Shown: piece after piece, positions 39,301 through 53,308 of the stretch
Layout: every line of letters starts with the position of its first letter
Position numbering within the stretch: the stretch's first letter is position 1
The notes under the pieces: model-generated
The model's database searches: none
Told to the model about the DNA's origin: nothing
Seen by the model: only the letters and a program-made list of their open reading frames with translations
DNA from: Podospora anserina
Taxonomy: Eukaryota
NCBI GenBank assembly: GCA_017654855.1
Contig: CM030332.1
Location: 5,146,001 to 5,210,000 of the forward strand
Length of the DNA stretch: 64,000 nucleotides
Reading direction: 5' to 3'
Position numbers and translations under genes: made by a program

Positions 39301-42300
39301 CCCCTGAATGCTATCTTCGACTAGCTGTCAAGACAACCCGACAACTGAAACCCGCATCTGGTTGCCTTAAATTTTGCATATCTCGGGCAAGAATGAGTGT
39401 TGTCGGAGGACACCTTAAACTAATACATGCATTGAGCCTGCAGATCCGCCTTGGACTGCAACTTTGTTGGCAGTCTTGCCAAGATTAGCCCAAAACAGCA
39501 CCCTACATATTCCCACGTTTCACGGCTCTCTATCTCCTATTCACTACCGGTTTCTCACTCCACCGAGCCGAACGGCCCCCAGCCTTACAAAATAGCAGGG
39601 TTAGATTACCGCGTTCATCATGATTGGAGGATGCACACAGCACTTGATGCAGCTTAATTCGTGGCTTGTGCAGCTTTGGGAGCCCCCATTGGCAGTCTTC
39701 ACTCCCGAGATCACAATTTGAGCTCGTCAGTCCCCTATCGCATCTTGATACCCGAAAATATCGGGGAGGAAAAGCAATGATACCGGCCCGCCCCGCACAA
39801 TGCAATGTTCTCCTACCCAAGCTGAAGGCTCTACATCACATCACTTACATTAGCGCAACTCACAGTAAGGGCGGAAACACGCAGTATTCTATCCATCTCA
39901 ACCCAGCCATCACCTTCGCGGGGCGGGCTTAGAAGTGCCGCTCCGATAAGTCACCGCCAATGCCACCCACGTTGTCTTCTTCTGCCCTCAGGAGACGGGA
40001 AGGCGACCACATTCACACCATGCTACCTTCCTCCACAAGCCGCTATCACATCCTTAGGTAGATTGATTCATGACTGATCGCCAAAGTGCAATTGGCTGCC
40101 TTGTCTTGAAGTTGCTTGTCTAGACGCCCATCACTGCCGCCAAGTATGCCTTCTTGCCCGATCGATAGATTGCGGCGAGATGCGCGATAACTGTTACGAA
40201 GTCATGGCGGTAACTGACACGGAATCTCTCCCGAGGCCAACAGGTAAAAGCAGCAAGACCTCTCCGAGGCTTCAACTATTTGGAAACATGGCATTAAGGC
40301 GGATACAATAAGATTAGACGAAGGTGCCTTGATGACCTAATCTAAAACCTTTGACTGAGCCTGTCGTGCCTCAAAGATATCATCAGCTTCAAGGCGTATA
40401 GCAATGATCAACATCCAAACAGGCTCGGCCAGTTTACTCTGTCTTGGTGAGACCTTCGCCTCCAACAAGGCAATCCGAACCGCCTTCGCCTACTCATTCT
40501 ATTTGCCTTCCTCCCTTCATCAGCAAGGCAGTCGCATTCCCACCTTACCTGATTAAACACACCAAAACCCGCCCTCAACAACGAATTGCAGCCCGAATGG
40601 TCGCCTTCTCCATCTGCAACGGCAACACTAATGCCGTGTCCTCGCTCCCATGCACCACACTCTAGCAGTGCAACGCCCGGGAGCTTTTATCCCAGCGGAT
40701 AGCTACTCGAACTCCCGTGACTGATCGCTGTCAAAAGTAACCTGGTCCTTGTTCTCTTAGCACCATGTAGTGACACCCTCCAACTTCAAACATTCAATCT
40801 TCGACCTTCAAGCCGTCAGGTTTGAACGACTCGCTTGCTCCATTGGAGCCATGTTACCTGATGGATCACAATCATACTATCCACCAAAATAAATCTCGGT
40901 AGTTCAGAACCACCTCAAAACATATGAGCGATATTTCCTCCATCATACGGCCCTTTTGTAGTTGTATAGGTCCCACCCCATAAGGCGTCGAAAGCAACAC
41001 CGAGGGTGGCAATGAAAGAAAAACGAACAAGGCCTGAGGTAACATCGCTCAAGATCCCAAAACTCACCTGTCATATCGAATCAAACGGTCATAAGATCCC
41101 CTCGCAAGCGAGTTGATGGGCAGTTACCCAACGCCAAGCGCGGGAAGGATTCGCATCTTTCCATGGCCCTGGGACACCTAGAACAAATTAGAATTCTGAC
41201 ACAACATGTCAAGAATCGTTGAAGCAGCGATGGAGGGCAACTAATCTCACAATCGCCTTGTCGACTCCGAGTAAGCAAAACTGACAGATAAGACTAACCG
41301 AGAGAAACCGACCAAACCTGACGCAACCCTTTCCACCTGCAGTGAAGCCCAAGTTGATGCCCGAAAACCCAGGCAGGGAACAAATGTCCCATTGGACAAA
41401 AGTCCAGCTCGGTGGTTCTGTCGTGCTACCGGCTAGGTGGATTGTCTATCCCGTCCGTAAAGACGGGTGCTGCCTCATGACCATGTCTGTGCTGCCTGAA
41501 AGCTGCGATGTCGGGCGGACCCACTCGAGCAACAACCCCTGAATCATGACCCCTAGCCCCGGCGCCCCGGCGCCCCTGAACCCCTGAGTCTTCAATGGTT
41601 GACTGGGCAGCGGGAGATCCACTCTTGACGACAGCAATCTCATAGAGAGGCTCCCCAGCGCAACAACACCATGAGAGAGATACCAGATCAAAACCGAACG
41701 TGGTAAACGATATCATGTGACAGATGACATGATGACTGTAACAGAGCGCACCATCACCTGTAAAAGTCCCAGGCAGAACCGGCACTTGACCGCAACCAAC
41801 CACCACGATGATGACCCAACCACCATGGCCATCACCAACCAATATAAAGTTCCTCGGTGAGACCCACGCATACATCGGCAGATAACAAAGATCTTCCCCC
41901 AGTAACCCCAGGTCCTCAACTGTAACCTCCCGCATGATCATCACCCCAGCTTCATGCCGCTCTTCCTCCAGATGGACTCCTGCAACCCAGTTAAAAATCT
42001 AACCGATGTCTCTTTGCATGAACCATCAGACGACATTGCTTCCTCGGGCATATGCCTAAGTCTCCTCATAGGCCGATGAAGACGGGAACAGTGATAAAAA
42101 GTGCAAAACCCCATATTCTGACTGGTGAACCCAATACCAAGAGACGGGCGACTGCATGCAATAGTATTACCACTTGGTTTGGACGCGACCCCAACCTTAC
42201 GACGACGGTAAATGAAATCTTCATTTTATACCCAAGTGATACTTGACTTTGCTCCTCCCCTGGCCTTCAAATACGAGTAAAGAGAGAATTCTGGTCAACA

Positions 42301-42705
42301 TTGCATAATCCAAATAGCCAAACGACGCGCGTCATCTCCGACAAGAACCCTGACCAACACACAAGCCGACTATCCTCCTTCTCTTCACAAAACCAACGCC
42401 CAGACATCGATAACAACCGACTGCAACAGACGGGAACCCATCAGAAATACGAACAGAAAGAGACAATCCAAAATCAACGCTATAGCCACCGGACATAAGA
42501 ACGGGGTATCAAGGATGAAGTCGGAGGTATATCGTCCCTTTTGCTTTTGGAGTGGCGAGAACCACGGTGGGCAAAACGGGAAAGAAAAACGAGTGAACCA
42601 ATGAAACCAAAGTATCAAACTACAACAAGTGAAGAAGAAAATAATTTCAGCTAACGTCTGTCAAATCCCTCTGCGCCCCGATGTCTGGTGGCAAAGTCTA
42701 TCTTG

Positions 42706-43615
42706 TTATATGAATGATTTGCCTTGCTGACACTTGTCAGTATCTCGAGGAAGCAAATCTTTGAGAAGGACATATGGACAATGTTCCCAGTAACCGTGAG
42801 CGCATTGGGAATCAACAAATTCCCAGTCTGTGTCTTCGAAACGCGTTGTGCTCTGAGGTTCAGGGAGGTCGTTTTCGTGAATGCGGGCAGGATATGGGTA
42901 TGGAAAGTTATGATGCGTGGTCATCCCAGGGGCATAAATCAGCGGTGAAACATCGTCGGGGCTCTGAGAGAAACGACCTTCCGCTTCCTGAAACGTCGTG
43001 TCGGTTCCAAACTTCGCAGCGCCGGGCTCAAAACTTGAGGTATGGTTCACTTCAAATGCATCCCCCGTCTGTCTTTGCTTCGAGCCCCCCTTTCTTGTGT
43101 GCTCTGCCTCGAACATGTCATTTGTTCGGTGTGAATCGATATCCGTTCTCAGTTCCTGCGGAACATGCTGTCTGATGTCAGGCCAAGTGTCAGTATATGT
43201 TTGAGTATCTGTTTACATCAAGGATAGGTCCAAAAAGAATCACTAACGGCGGTGTAGTACTTGGAAGTGCTTCAAGTGATCCCATCATGTTTGGATCTTC
43301 ATCAGCCGATCCATCGCCGGTCATCCAACGAAAGGCATATGGTTGATGATTCATCCCCATGGACTCATCGGCTTCACGGTAGTTGTTGGGATAGGGAGGT
43401 CCGGCAAGCGATAACGGTGGCTGCTGATTGGTGTATGTGGAGTCGACGTATCGGGGCATGATGGCATCGTCTGAGTACGCGGTCATACTGGTGCGATGTG
43501 TCGGCCGGGCAGACGTCGCCGCCTCGTCGTCATCGTCCGAATACCACGCATCGGAAAGCGAGGCATCTGAAGGACGATGATGATTATCGGGAAAACTTGA
43601 GTACGTGTATGACAT
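42706..43615 (-). CDS. Hypothetical orphan protein, at least two exons (43615-43248, 43171-42706); 3' end uncertain
   Basis: gaaATG start; GTTAGT...CTGAC...CAG intron 43247-43172 joins two ORF-track ORFs in frame; acidic, low-complexity protein with a CAHGYWEHC motif. Confidence 0.6.
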
Positions 43616-46600
43616 TTCGGACAAAGGTACTCCAGAATCGTCGAAGGTGGCAGGATATGCGAAAAGTTTGTCATAAATGACGTTTGACGGTCGACATGGT
43701 CAGAAGGGATCGAAAAAGGTTGTCCCTTTGGAGCCCCAAATACTCGAGGATCACCACGACAAGGCGGTGAGAGCTTCAACTTAAAAGTCTCCGCCCAACA
43801 CGATCAAGCGACAACATGGCTAGGGGCTACCATGCAAGACTACAAGGCAACCAGGCTGGCAGGGGTTTCTTTGGTCCAGCCCGCGAAGGATGTTGGTCTC
43901 GTCAGCGGAAGAAGCACCGTGCGACATGGCTACTGCCCTAGTATTTGCCATGTGTTTGTCTGACGGCCTATGAAGCGATAGTAAGGCGGTTCTATCGGCC
44001 ACGATGGGATCTCGAGGTCGAATTGTTCGTCGAGGCGGTGTTAGGTTAAGGGGAGCCAAGGGTCCTTGCGACCTGTAGCGGTGGTTCGCAGAGAAGGCAT
44101 CCGGTATGGCGCCGACGACGGGACAATAGCGACACGAAGCGGGGTAACATCGTTCGTTGGGCATTGATTATACTCAAGGCTCTGGAGGGCTCAGATACCG
44201 CGGTTCAGGGGCGAGCAAACATGACCAGGAACGTCAGAGGACGGTGCGGCATAGAACAGAAAAACCCGGGGTTTGCGATGAGGTTGCTTTGGCAGAAAGG
44301 GATGGACTCGGGCTCAGAGACTCCTCCACCCATCAAATATCGAGGATGCGGGTCATTGAGGTGCTCTATGGACCTTGCCAGGGCGGAAGGACGTGGGAGT
44401 GAATGGTACTGGAACAGGCTGAGGGTGCGGCGGTGTCATGGAACCGGCTCCTGTCACGGTATACTACCGGGCGTTCCGATCGAGCGGATGAGTGGACTGG
44501 GTCGACGAAATTCTGTAGGCAAATCCAAGCCTCAAGCACTGGCGCTCGATCGCAGGGCAGATTCTGTGTCGGATGAGGGAAGCTTCAGTGGAGGCCAAAA
44601 GGCATTGGTCACCAAATAAAAAACTTTCATCGGAAGCGGACAACAAGATGGGTTGGTTGGATAGATCACGTCGGATGTGTATCCATGGCAAACTCTCGTT
44701 CTTGCCTGCCAATGCGACTTGGCTCGCAGCGGGAGTCAGTGGACTCGGAAAGCGGCGACCCAAGTCAAAGATGCGCACGTGGGAGCAATGAAGAACAAGA
44801 AGGCGGCTGTGGTGTTGCTGCCCACCCTTCGGCAGTGCCCTGAGATTTTGATCGATTTCTTCAGTATGAAACTCCGGTTGAGTAATGGGTATTTGGCAGC
44901 TTCCAGAGTCCTAGTTCCGCTCCAGTATACTCCTGGTTCTATCCTCCGCATCTGATGCTGTTAATGTGAGACATTAGAGATTGGTATACACCCCCTCCAA
45001 CCCCCAATCCCCCTCCCTAAATTGGAGTATGGGCGCCAATTTTCTACCAAACGTCGGGCTGCATCATCACAAGCAGACCCGCCCCCCACCCCCTCTTGCA
45101 TGAAGTTCATGAAGGCTAAAACATTCGTGCTGGTCTGCCAGAAAAATACCATTTAATATTTCTGCCACCAAGTGGGTGCTAGTTCAACATCTTTCCCTGA
45201 GAATCGTCCGAAGAACAGTTCGGTAGTTGTTCCACTGCGATCCTCCAGCACAAAATCCCTTCAGTGCCACAACTTGGCGACCATCCATAAACTCGCTAGC
45301 ACAGGTCACCGCCAAAACATCAAAACACTCCCTTGATCTTTATCAAGGATATTACGGGTTTGTCGAAGCAGCACACGTTTCTACCATGACTGTGGGCTAA
45401 CGGTATCTTGGTAGACAGACGCTGGCCTAGATGTGGGAGCAAATTTTCGGACCTTCACCTCGGTGCCTTGGCACAGCTTTGGACGAGCTGATGCACGGGT
45501 AAGCGTGCTGAATGAAGGTTTGGCTTAGACACCACTAGCCAAACAACACATCTATATGGTCAGCATACCTAGAAATAGACAATCCAACGCCTAACGCATT
45601 ACCGGATCAATTTTACGAACATGCACCGCATTTCAAGTCACATTGCAGCCTTGCTGATGGTTTGTCGTGCTTGAGCCAGCTCCAGGCTCTGAGTGGAACA
45701 CGAGCCCCGGGCCCCAGTCCCTGTCCCTCCACAGCGGACCGTCCCGCCGGAAACGCAGCAGTGGAGTTTCAGGTGGATCCGTGATCGGACCCGACATCAT
45801 CAAGGGTTCACCGCCCCCGAGTCACATGGATTGTGCTAGGTTTAAGACCCACGCCCAGATGCGTCGCATGAATGTCTCGAGAACGATTCACACGTTGCGA
45901 TGCTCGAAGAAATCTGACATCGGCCTGTGGTCGCGCGCAACTTCCCCGATACCTACACAGTCCACACAACCAGATCGACTTGCACTAAGATGAAGGGTCG
46001 GGTAATCGGCACCTCACGGTTTCAAGAGTTGGAAAGGATGTGGAATTAACGCTGAACGCTAGCAAGTGTGGCAAGATCGTGGATTGACCACATCTCGGCA
46101 CACCCTATTTCAGAAGCCGAGCTCTGGTTCGCCTGGATTCTTCGGCCAACCACGGTAGCCGCGAAGGTATTCTGAATAAGAGCGCAAAGATAACATCCGA
46201 TGCTAGGAGGCCCGGAAGTCAAGCATGATGACTGGCTGTATACGTGGACGAGGTATTACTGATCAGGCACGCAGACTTGTTGGGAATCCATTGTATCCCA
46301 AGATGACAGCGCCTGCATTGCAGAGGTGGCGGGATTGTTGATGGAAAACTACACATTGTCTCTACTCTCTCAGACATCCCTTACCTTATGTCTGCCCGTT
46401 ATCTTGGATAAGGTAGAAATTCGGTCGCTATCCCCGCTTGAAACAGCGCTCCTTCCACAAATACCGCAAAGCTGGTGGAGACCCCGCCCATCGTTGAGCC
46501 ATTTTAGGTACCTTCCGTGTTCACTTTTCTGGGTATCTCGATGACAAAAGCACTTGATCCTCATTTTAATACCACTGGGCTTTTACAGTCGACCTCCGAA

Positions 46601-46906
46601 CCAGTTCTCTCAATTATGTCAAGAATTCGTCTCTACTGCTTTGACAGCAACCATTGTTTAAAAACCTCGTAAGTCAGGCCAAGAAATTCCGAGTGACACC
46701 AAGGAGCTCGAGGAATTGCAACAGTGGCAGATTGGGTTATCGGGAAACATTTTCTCGTCCATTCCTAGGTAAGCTCCGAGCTGTAAACATTTACAAGACC
46801 AATACTAAATAGGCGTATCGAAAAGACCGAACAATGTGGCCATCGACTTCTTAACCAAGGTCACCGCCGGCAGGCCACGCCACGCCCACACCAATCGCGA
46901 TACATA

Positions 46907-47475
46907 TCAGCACTCATCATCCATGTTCAACTCGCGGGGATAATACGTCGGGAAAGAGGGAGCAGCCGTCCTCGCCATAACAAGGATATCCCCTGGTGAA
47001 CCTCGATATAGACGGAGGCTGGGTTGAGATGTCTGTTGTTCTTTGACCCAACCCGCCATCTCTTCATCTTCAACTGCCTCGAGCTCGGGAGAAGGAGGAA
47101 GAGTAGATGCACTGCGCCAATTAGTTCATATGGGCAGTTTCGGCACACCTCTAAGGAAGCACCTCACCATTCGTTATCATCCTCCACGTGGAAGCCTTCA
47201 TCATCAGCACCATCTGGCGACCACGTCGTCTCGGGATCCGTTGTCTGCTGGGCATAGGATGTCTCCTCTAGCGCAGCGGGTTCAGCCTCTTGGGGGTCGA
47301 GACGGTTCGTTGTCGAATATCGACGATTCTGTTCGTTATGGTGTGGTTTGGCAGTGGCATCGTTGTCCTCAGAACTTGTAACCGAAATAGGTTTGGGCGA
47401 CACGTCAAGCTCCATCAACTCCATCTCATGTTTAAGCGGCATGGCGAGAGTCAACAGCCTCTCGGTTGAGGACAT
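46907..47475 (-). CDS. Hypothetical acidic orphan protein, two exons (47475-47168, 47111-46907)
   Basis: Intron GTGAGG...ACTAAT...CAG 47167-47112; spliced frame stays open through ASTLPPSPELEAVEDEEMAGW...NMDDEC*. Confidence 0.6.
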
Positions 47476-50400
47476 ATCAGCGATCCGAGAGAACTAGCGG
47501 GATTCGACGACAATACAGAGGAGCCGCCCTTTAGGGCAGGGTGTCGGGACGAAGTTGGTGGGAAGTCAGGTTGGGAAAAGAGTATACACCAGGATCATTC
47601 GACTTTTCTCCGACCTTGTTCTGAAAACCCGATCGCCGCGGAGTAGAGGAGGGGCAGTTTTTCATGATGAGGAAGAAAGAAACGAGGAGCACGGGGGACC
47701 TTGAAGTATAAACAACAAACTCGAAGGTCAAGCGACGTTGAAAAGTGGGCCAGCACCGTTCCACGAACAACCCATTGCTTCTCGGTTCATCCAAAACAGA
47801 CTGCTGCAATAAGTAACCGAATGAGAGGAGCAACACGATACCTGTCGCCCTGGTTGGTCCAGAGTACTAGCTGCTACCAGCACCTGCACATGCCCGCCTA
47901 TTCTTGGTGTCTCTTGACTATATTGGGCGGCATGCCTCAGTATATGGCGCTATACGAATAGGTTCAAGGGGGTTGTTTGGCGTCCAGTCGTTTGCTTCCG
48001 TCATGCATGCTCTGGGATGCTTGATCTCTCCCCACGAATCAGCACCAAGGCCGGTACGAACGCGATTAACAGCAATGTTTTGAATCAAGCTTGAAGGAAC
48101 AGTTCAGGAGGGCCTACAGGGCAGCGGTTTGGGAAACCAATGGAACATCATGGACATGGTTCCAAACCTAGTGCAGTCCAGATCAATTGCATACCCCGAC
48201 ATAGACCAACAGATTCTCTTAAGCAAGGGGCGATATATGCTACCTGGGAACGTATGTGGCTATGAAACAAGAACAACTCGACGATGGGAACCATGCGCGC
48301 GTCTTCAGGCCTTAAAGGCTAGAAACCGGTGTCAAGGTGCGGCACAGTCAAGCTTCTCTCACACTTTTCACAACCCCTGCCCGTCCATCAAAACCGGAAT
48401 TCGCCTAGATCGTTCTTTTTCTTGGGAGAGGTGTGGAGAGAGGTAGCGCCCCGTATCGCTGCGGTCGGGGTCGAGGGGAGGATGACAGCATACTCGGCTG
48501 GTTTGGCGCCTGGGGGTTGCACTGACTTTGTCCCTGCAGCTTCTCTTCAACCAGACTTTGCTAGCACAGCTGACGGGAACTTCCTTACCTCGCCTCCTTT
48601 CAAAATCTAGAATGGAGCATGGAGGCATGGAACCAGGGATTTCTGGATGACGGGTGGAGATGGGACGGTTGCTGTCATACTAAGAGTAGAGTTTTTTGCT
48701 GGGTTTGGTTCACAAGGATGGATCCAGCCAGAGGCCCCTTACTGATGCAGTGCACCATCAAAAGGGTCTTGTGAGACCGTCGTTCCCTTGGCACCTGGAG
48801 ACAAGGTTATGACGTTAGGCACCATATCCGAGTCTCCGTTTTTTTGAGGATGAAATACGATAGAACATGGATATCGGCAGCCTTGTTTTGACCGGGATCG
48901 CGTGGTTGGTTTTCGGGCTGTTACTGCCGCAGTGGTGGGATTGCCTCACCTGTGTGAATGGCCGCAGATGATCGAAGCGCTGCTATGCCATAACCCGTGA
49001 TGAAAAAAAGATGCCGGTGTTATGCGGGGACTACTTGGGGGCATGTTTGGGCAGCAATATGAGGCAGATAGACCATACGGAAGCACGCCGGGATGCCACA
49101 CTGCGCGAAATATCGAGTCCTTCACTTGGGAGGTTCCGAGTTTCGAGGCCAGCCTTGTTTGGGCGTTGGATGGGCTAAGCTCCGCCACTGGCCATCTCCG
49201 CACCCCTTCAATTCCTTCCCAATCACTCTTGTGAGAGCGACTCATGGGTTCATTTGAACACTCTGATTGTCAAATCTGGTTTGGTCCTTCGAGGGTCTGA
49301 AGACAGACATGTGAATTCAAAACAACCTAGGTCGGGCTGGGATGCGTGCCTGCCTACATTGCCCGCAGTCGCACAACACCTGTTCTTGTGCTTGCTAATA
49401 ACACGGAGTGGGTGATGGTTTCTTGAATAGTACCTCAACCGTTGATCCACAACTGGTCACACAAACATTGGAAATCAATGATGATACTCGACAGGTTCCG
49501 CGCCTCGCCCACTCGAGGACCTATTTTCATAGGTGCCTGATATGCACGTTGCCGAGGGCATCGATGCCATCACCCGTTCTTGTCCTTCCATGGCCAGGCC
49601 GGGTGACACGCGCCCTTTGTGCGCTTTCCATGACACTTCCATCAGTGGCAAGGTGATTGTCGATGTTAGAGAGCTCATCCCTACCCAGCCGAGTATTCTG
49701 GAAATGGCCACGCGCCTTTCTTCCCCCACTTTTTCTGGAAGCAGAATTTTGATATATACTCGTGGAATCAAAAAGTCAATTTCAAGATAATATGACAGTA
49801 CAGTTGTTATACACTAAGCATGATCAATGCACGAGTTGTCTTACAGGTCATTAGGCCATATACTTAAGTTCTCATTGGATCGATCAATAACTTTATGTGG
49901 ACGCTATTGGATGTATCGCCAGCCTTTGCTTATGAGCTCGAAAGAGCACAGCCAATGCAAGTTTCCTCGGGATGGGATTACCTCCAGATCATTCGGTCGT
50001 ATGCAACTCAAGCATACCCAGGTCGGTGGTTCATTGCCGCCAATGAAGAGGTCGATGGTGGAGATCACCTGCCCAATACCTTGCGATAACAAACAGCCGA
50101 CCGCCTGCAAGACAAGAAACAAGACAAACCTACCTACAATGAGAGGCACCTTTTTTCCAGGTTAGGTCTCAGTCCGTTCGTAGGTGGAGCCCAACTGATA
50201 AACGTACTGGCCCCGAACCCGCCGACTCGGATGCTAGCTCCAGTGGGGTTCGCACGACGGTGTACGGTTGAGCTCCACCAATTAAGCATTGGATGACGGC
50301 CCGCTAGCGGGAGCTAGACCGGCTTCTGTCTGTTACAGGGAAGGTCCTGGCTTACAGTGGGGTCGTTCTTCATGACAGGCAAACATTCGGTTGACTTGTC

Positions 50401-51510
50401 AGTTTTATCGTTTCAAGAATGGCAAGCAAGAGTTCACTACTCCGATTGGCAACAAATCATTTTATTCGACACGAAGGCTACATTATGGCAAGCGGCAGGA
50501 ACGACAGGCACATGACCTTCCATTGGGTCCAGATCCGAGCTTTCCCTTTGGCCAACATCCTAGCCCACAGTCCAGGGATGATGGGCACAACCCGTCTGTT
50601 TCCGATGGGCTACTATCACGTTTACAAGAGACCAGAAAAGCTTCGTTTCCCGAGCTGACACCCCCACGCGAATGAGCCCGATGGCAATGGTGGGATCAGT
50701 AAGATGTCGTGAGTGACAGGTACGTACAAGAAACTAACCTGCGCGTAGGTAACAGAGGATGGGTACCTAATGATATGGATCTCCCTACAGTTTTTTGCCA
50801 GTTACGACACCTTTGCTTCTATTCACGCAGGATCGAGCGCTCGGGTCTGCGTGTACTTGGGACCGCACCTCAAACAACCAACACGACCCCCATGATTGTG
50901 AGCAGTCAGTCACATTCGTATTCTTTCGGGGAACAGAACAACATCCGGGCACATCGAAGGGTTGACGAGAAAGAAAAAAATTATCCCCTCCGGCCGGCCG
51001 GCCAGTAGAAGCTTTGCGGCGAAGATTCTGCCACAATCAAACCCGCGTGGGGGTGCACTCGTCCAAGGCGATGAAAGCCCGAGAGCCTTGAAGCAAGACA
51101 TCCATTCGCTGAACCGTCGTCAACATCACCCACGCCGGGTTGGCTGAAAAGCGCATCATATCACACATGGATGGTAGCACCGAATATGCATGTGAGAAAA
51201 ATCCCTCAAGAACTTGGTGGCCATCGACGATCCTGGGGATAAGGCAATTGAAGACAAAGGCCGATTCTAACTGGGCGCTCTTGTTCCGATATTCGAAACA
51301 AAAAGCCCGATGCCGCGTGGTGGCCCTCTGCCCTGCGTATCAAGCCTTTTTTGGCGTTTGACAGCGCCGCTAACCCACAGTTCTGGGACGGTACACCTCG
51401 GCCGCTGGCCCTGACAGGCCGTGGGGGTTAGGCAGTTTGGGGTGTTCAGGGATATGGGCAAAATGATACAGAGTATCCGATCCCGAATGGACGCGTGATG
51501 AGGCGTTACA

Positions 51511-51529
51511 AGAGAGAGAGAGAGAGAGA
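51511..51529. repeat. (AG)n microsatellite
   Basis: Run agagagagagagagagaga read directly from the sequence. Confidence 0.9.
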
Positions 51530-53308
51530 AAATTGATAAAGTTGAGCGAATGCAGCCTGTCTCCAGTCAAGGCTGCCCCTCAAATCCACGGCGGCACCCA
51601 TTTTCTTTCGAGGTGCCACCCTCAAATGTCCACGGACAACATCGTCACCGGGTGGCAGCATCATCACCAGCAAACTGCCGGGATCTCACCTGCGCCGCCC
51701 GGTAGACATTCATGTCGAGAAATGGACGACTCAATACAGCGGACAGCTGCATACCACCCGCTGCTGTACTCGGTGACGCGCAGTGTTCCTGTCTATTGTT
51801 TTGATTGTTGCAGCCTTTCGTCCTGGTCCCATCAAACCGATCCCACCCCTCTTATGCATCTCTCGCCTGATTGAACAAAGAATTGCTTTGTTCTATTTTC
51901 CTCACACTGTCCGGCCTGCACGTGGAGAAATCTACCTTTACCCTCCAGAACACCACTCATCGTTCTTGCCGAATCACCAGAATCTGGGTTATAACTCCCG
52001 TGCCGTCCTGTCATTTGGGCACACGGGAGGTTCGTGGCTACGGTATGTAGCCGAAATCCTCGGGGGAATACCCCCTGCCTTGTCCTGGATCGGAAATAAT
52101 CTCCGTTTTTTTCCCCGTGCTGCCTTCCCCAGATATGCCTGGGAAACAAAAGTTACCCCCGACCGGGTTGAGGGAAAAGGCAATCTTTTCATATGCGCGA
52201 TGGAGTGCCTTGGCTCTGCTTGGCATGCGTCTTTTGGTTCTAGACCTGATGTGGTGGTGAAACATGAGGTGAATTGAGGTGACGAAGTGCGAGTATGTTT
52301 TTGACGTCCTTTGTTGAACAGGACACAGGTGGTCCTGGGAAAGGCTTGGCCGCGGGCGGTGCGGCTGGCACTGATGGAAAGCTTTGAACGGGAGAGTGGG
52401 AGAACGTGGGGGTTTTAGAGAACACATGGGTATTTTACGCCTCTTCCTGTCAGGTTAGACTCCCTCAAATCTTCGTCCAAAATCCGGGGTAACATGACAG
52501 GAGACAGCCAGGGCAGGCACAGGCCGGAGTGCGGTGGGATGGTGTCATGTTAACTGGCATACACCAACCCACTTCTGCACCGACCAAGTTGGCTCTGCAC
52601 TTTTCAGGATGGGTCGCGGCGTCTTCCCACGTACCATGCAGTGGCTACTTAGGTAGTGGAACAAGTAAAGATGGGCTATGCACACAAGAACTGTGTGGGC
52701 GGGTGGGCGCAATCATCGGCACATGCTGGTGACATTCACCGCCAGGAGAGCAAACTCTATTGGTTTCTGTCATCTGCGTTGGCAGGCGCAGCGGTGAGAG
52801 ACCGACTGCACAGTAGTAGATTGCGCACGGTAGACGACGCCAAACAAGTGGTAATCTGCCTATCCTATCTAGAGCACTTGAAAACTTGGGTTTCGTAGTC
52901 CGGCCTGATAGGTCAATCTGCAATGCCGGTGTTGACACAAGAGCCATGTGCGAAACACCGAGACCCTGGTTCTCATGGCATTGCATCCCCCACGTACCCA
53001 TATCAGCGGGAAGGATGAACTGCATATGAACATCTGAGAATGGTATTTAATGCTCAACCCCCCCTCTTGTTTTGTTTTTTTTCGCGGTGGTTCATCTCTG
53101 TCTCATCATACCACTGACAGATATTTCCCTGGTAGCTACACCTATCAGCCAGCATGAGTTGACAAGGCTCTCCCATTTGCACCTTCCTACCTTCCGCAGT
53201 CACACAACGGTCGTCATCGGCCTCACCGCCATTACACGACCCACGTGTCCCGTTGCCCTCAACCTACCTAACCCATCCGCTGGTAACCGCATCGGCCGGC
53301 CATAACCA

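Noticed and set aside
50214-50320. A-box-like TAGCTCCAGTGG and short inverted repeats
   Set aside because: No cloverleaf or correctly spaced B-box; repeats short enough to be chance.
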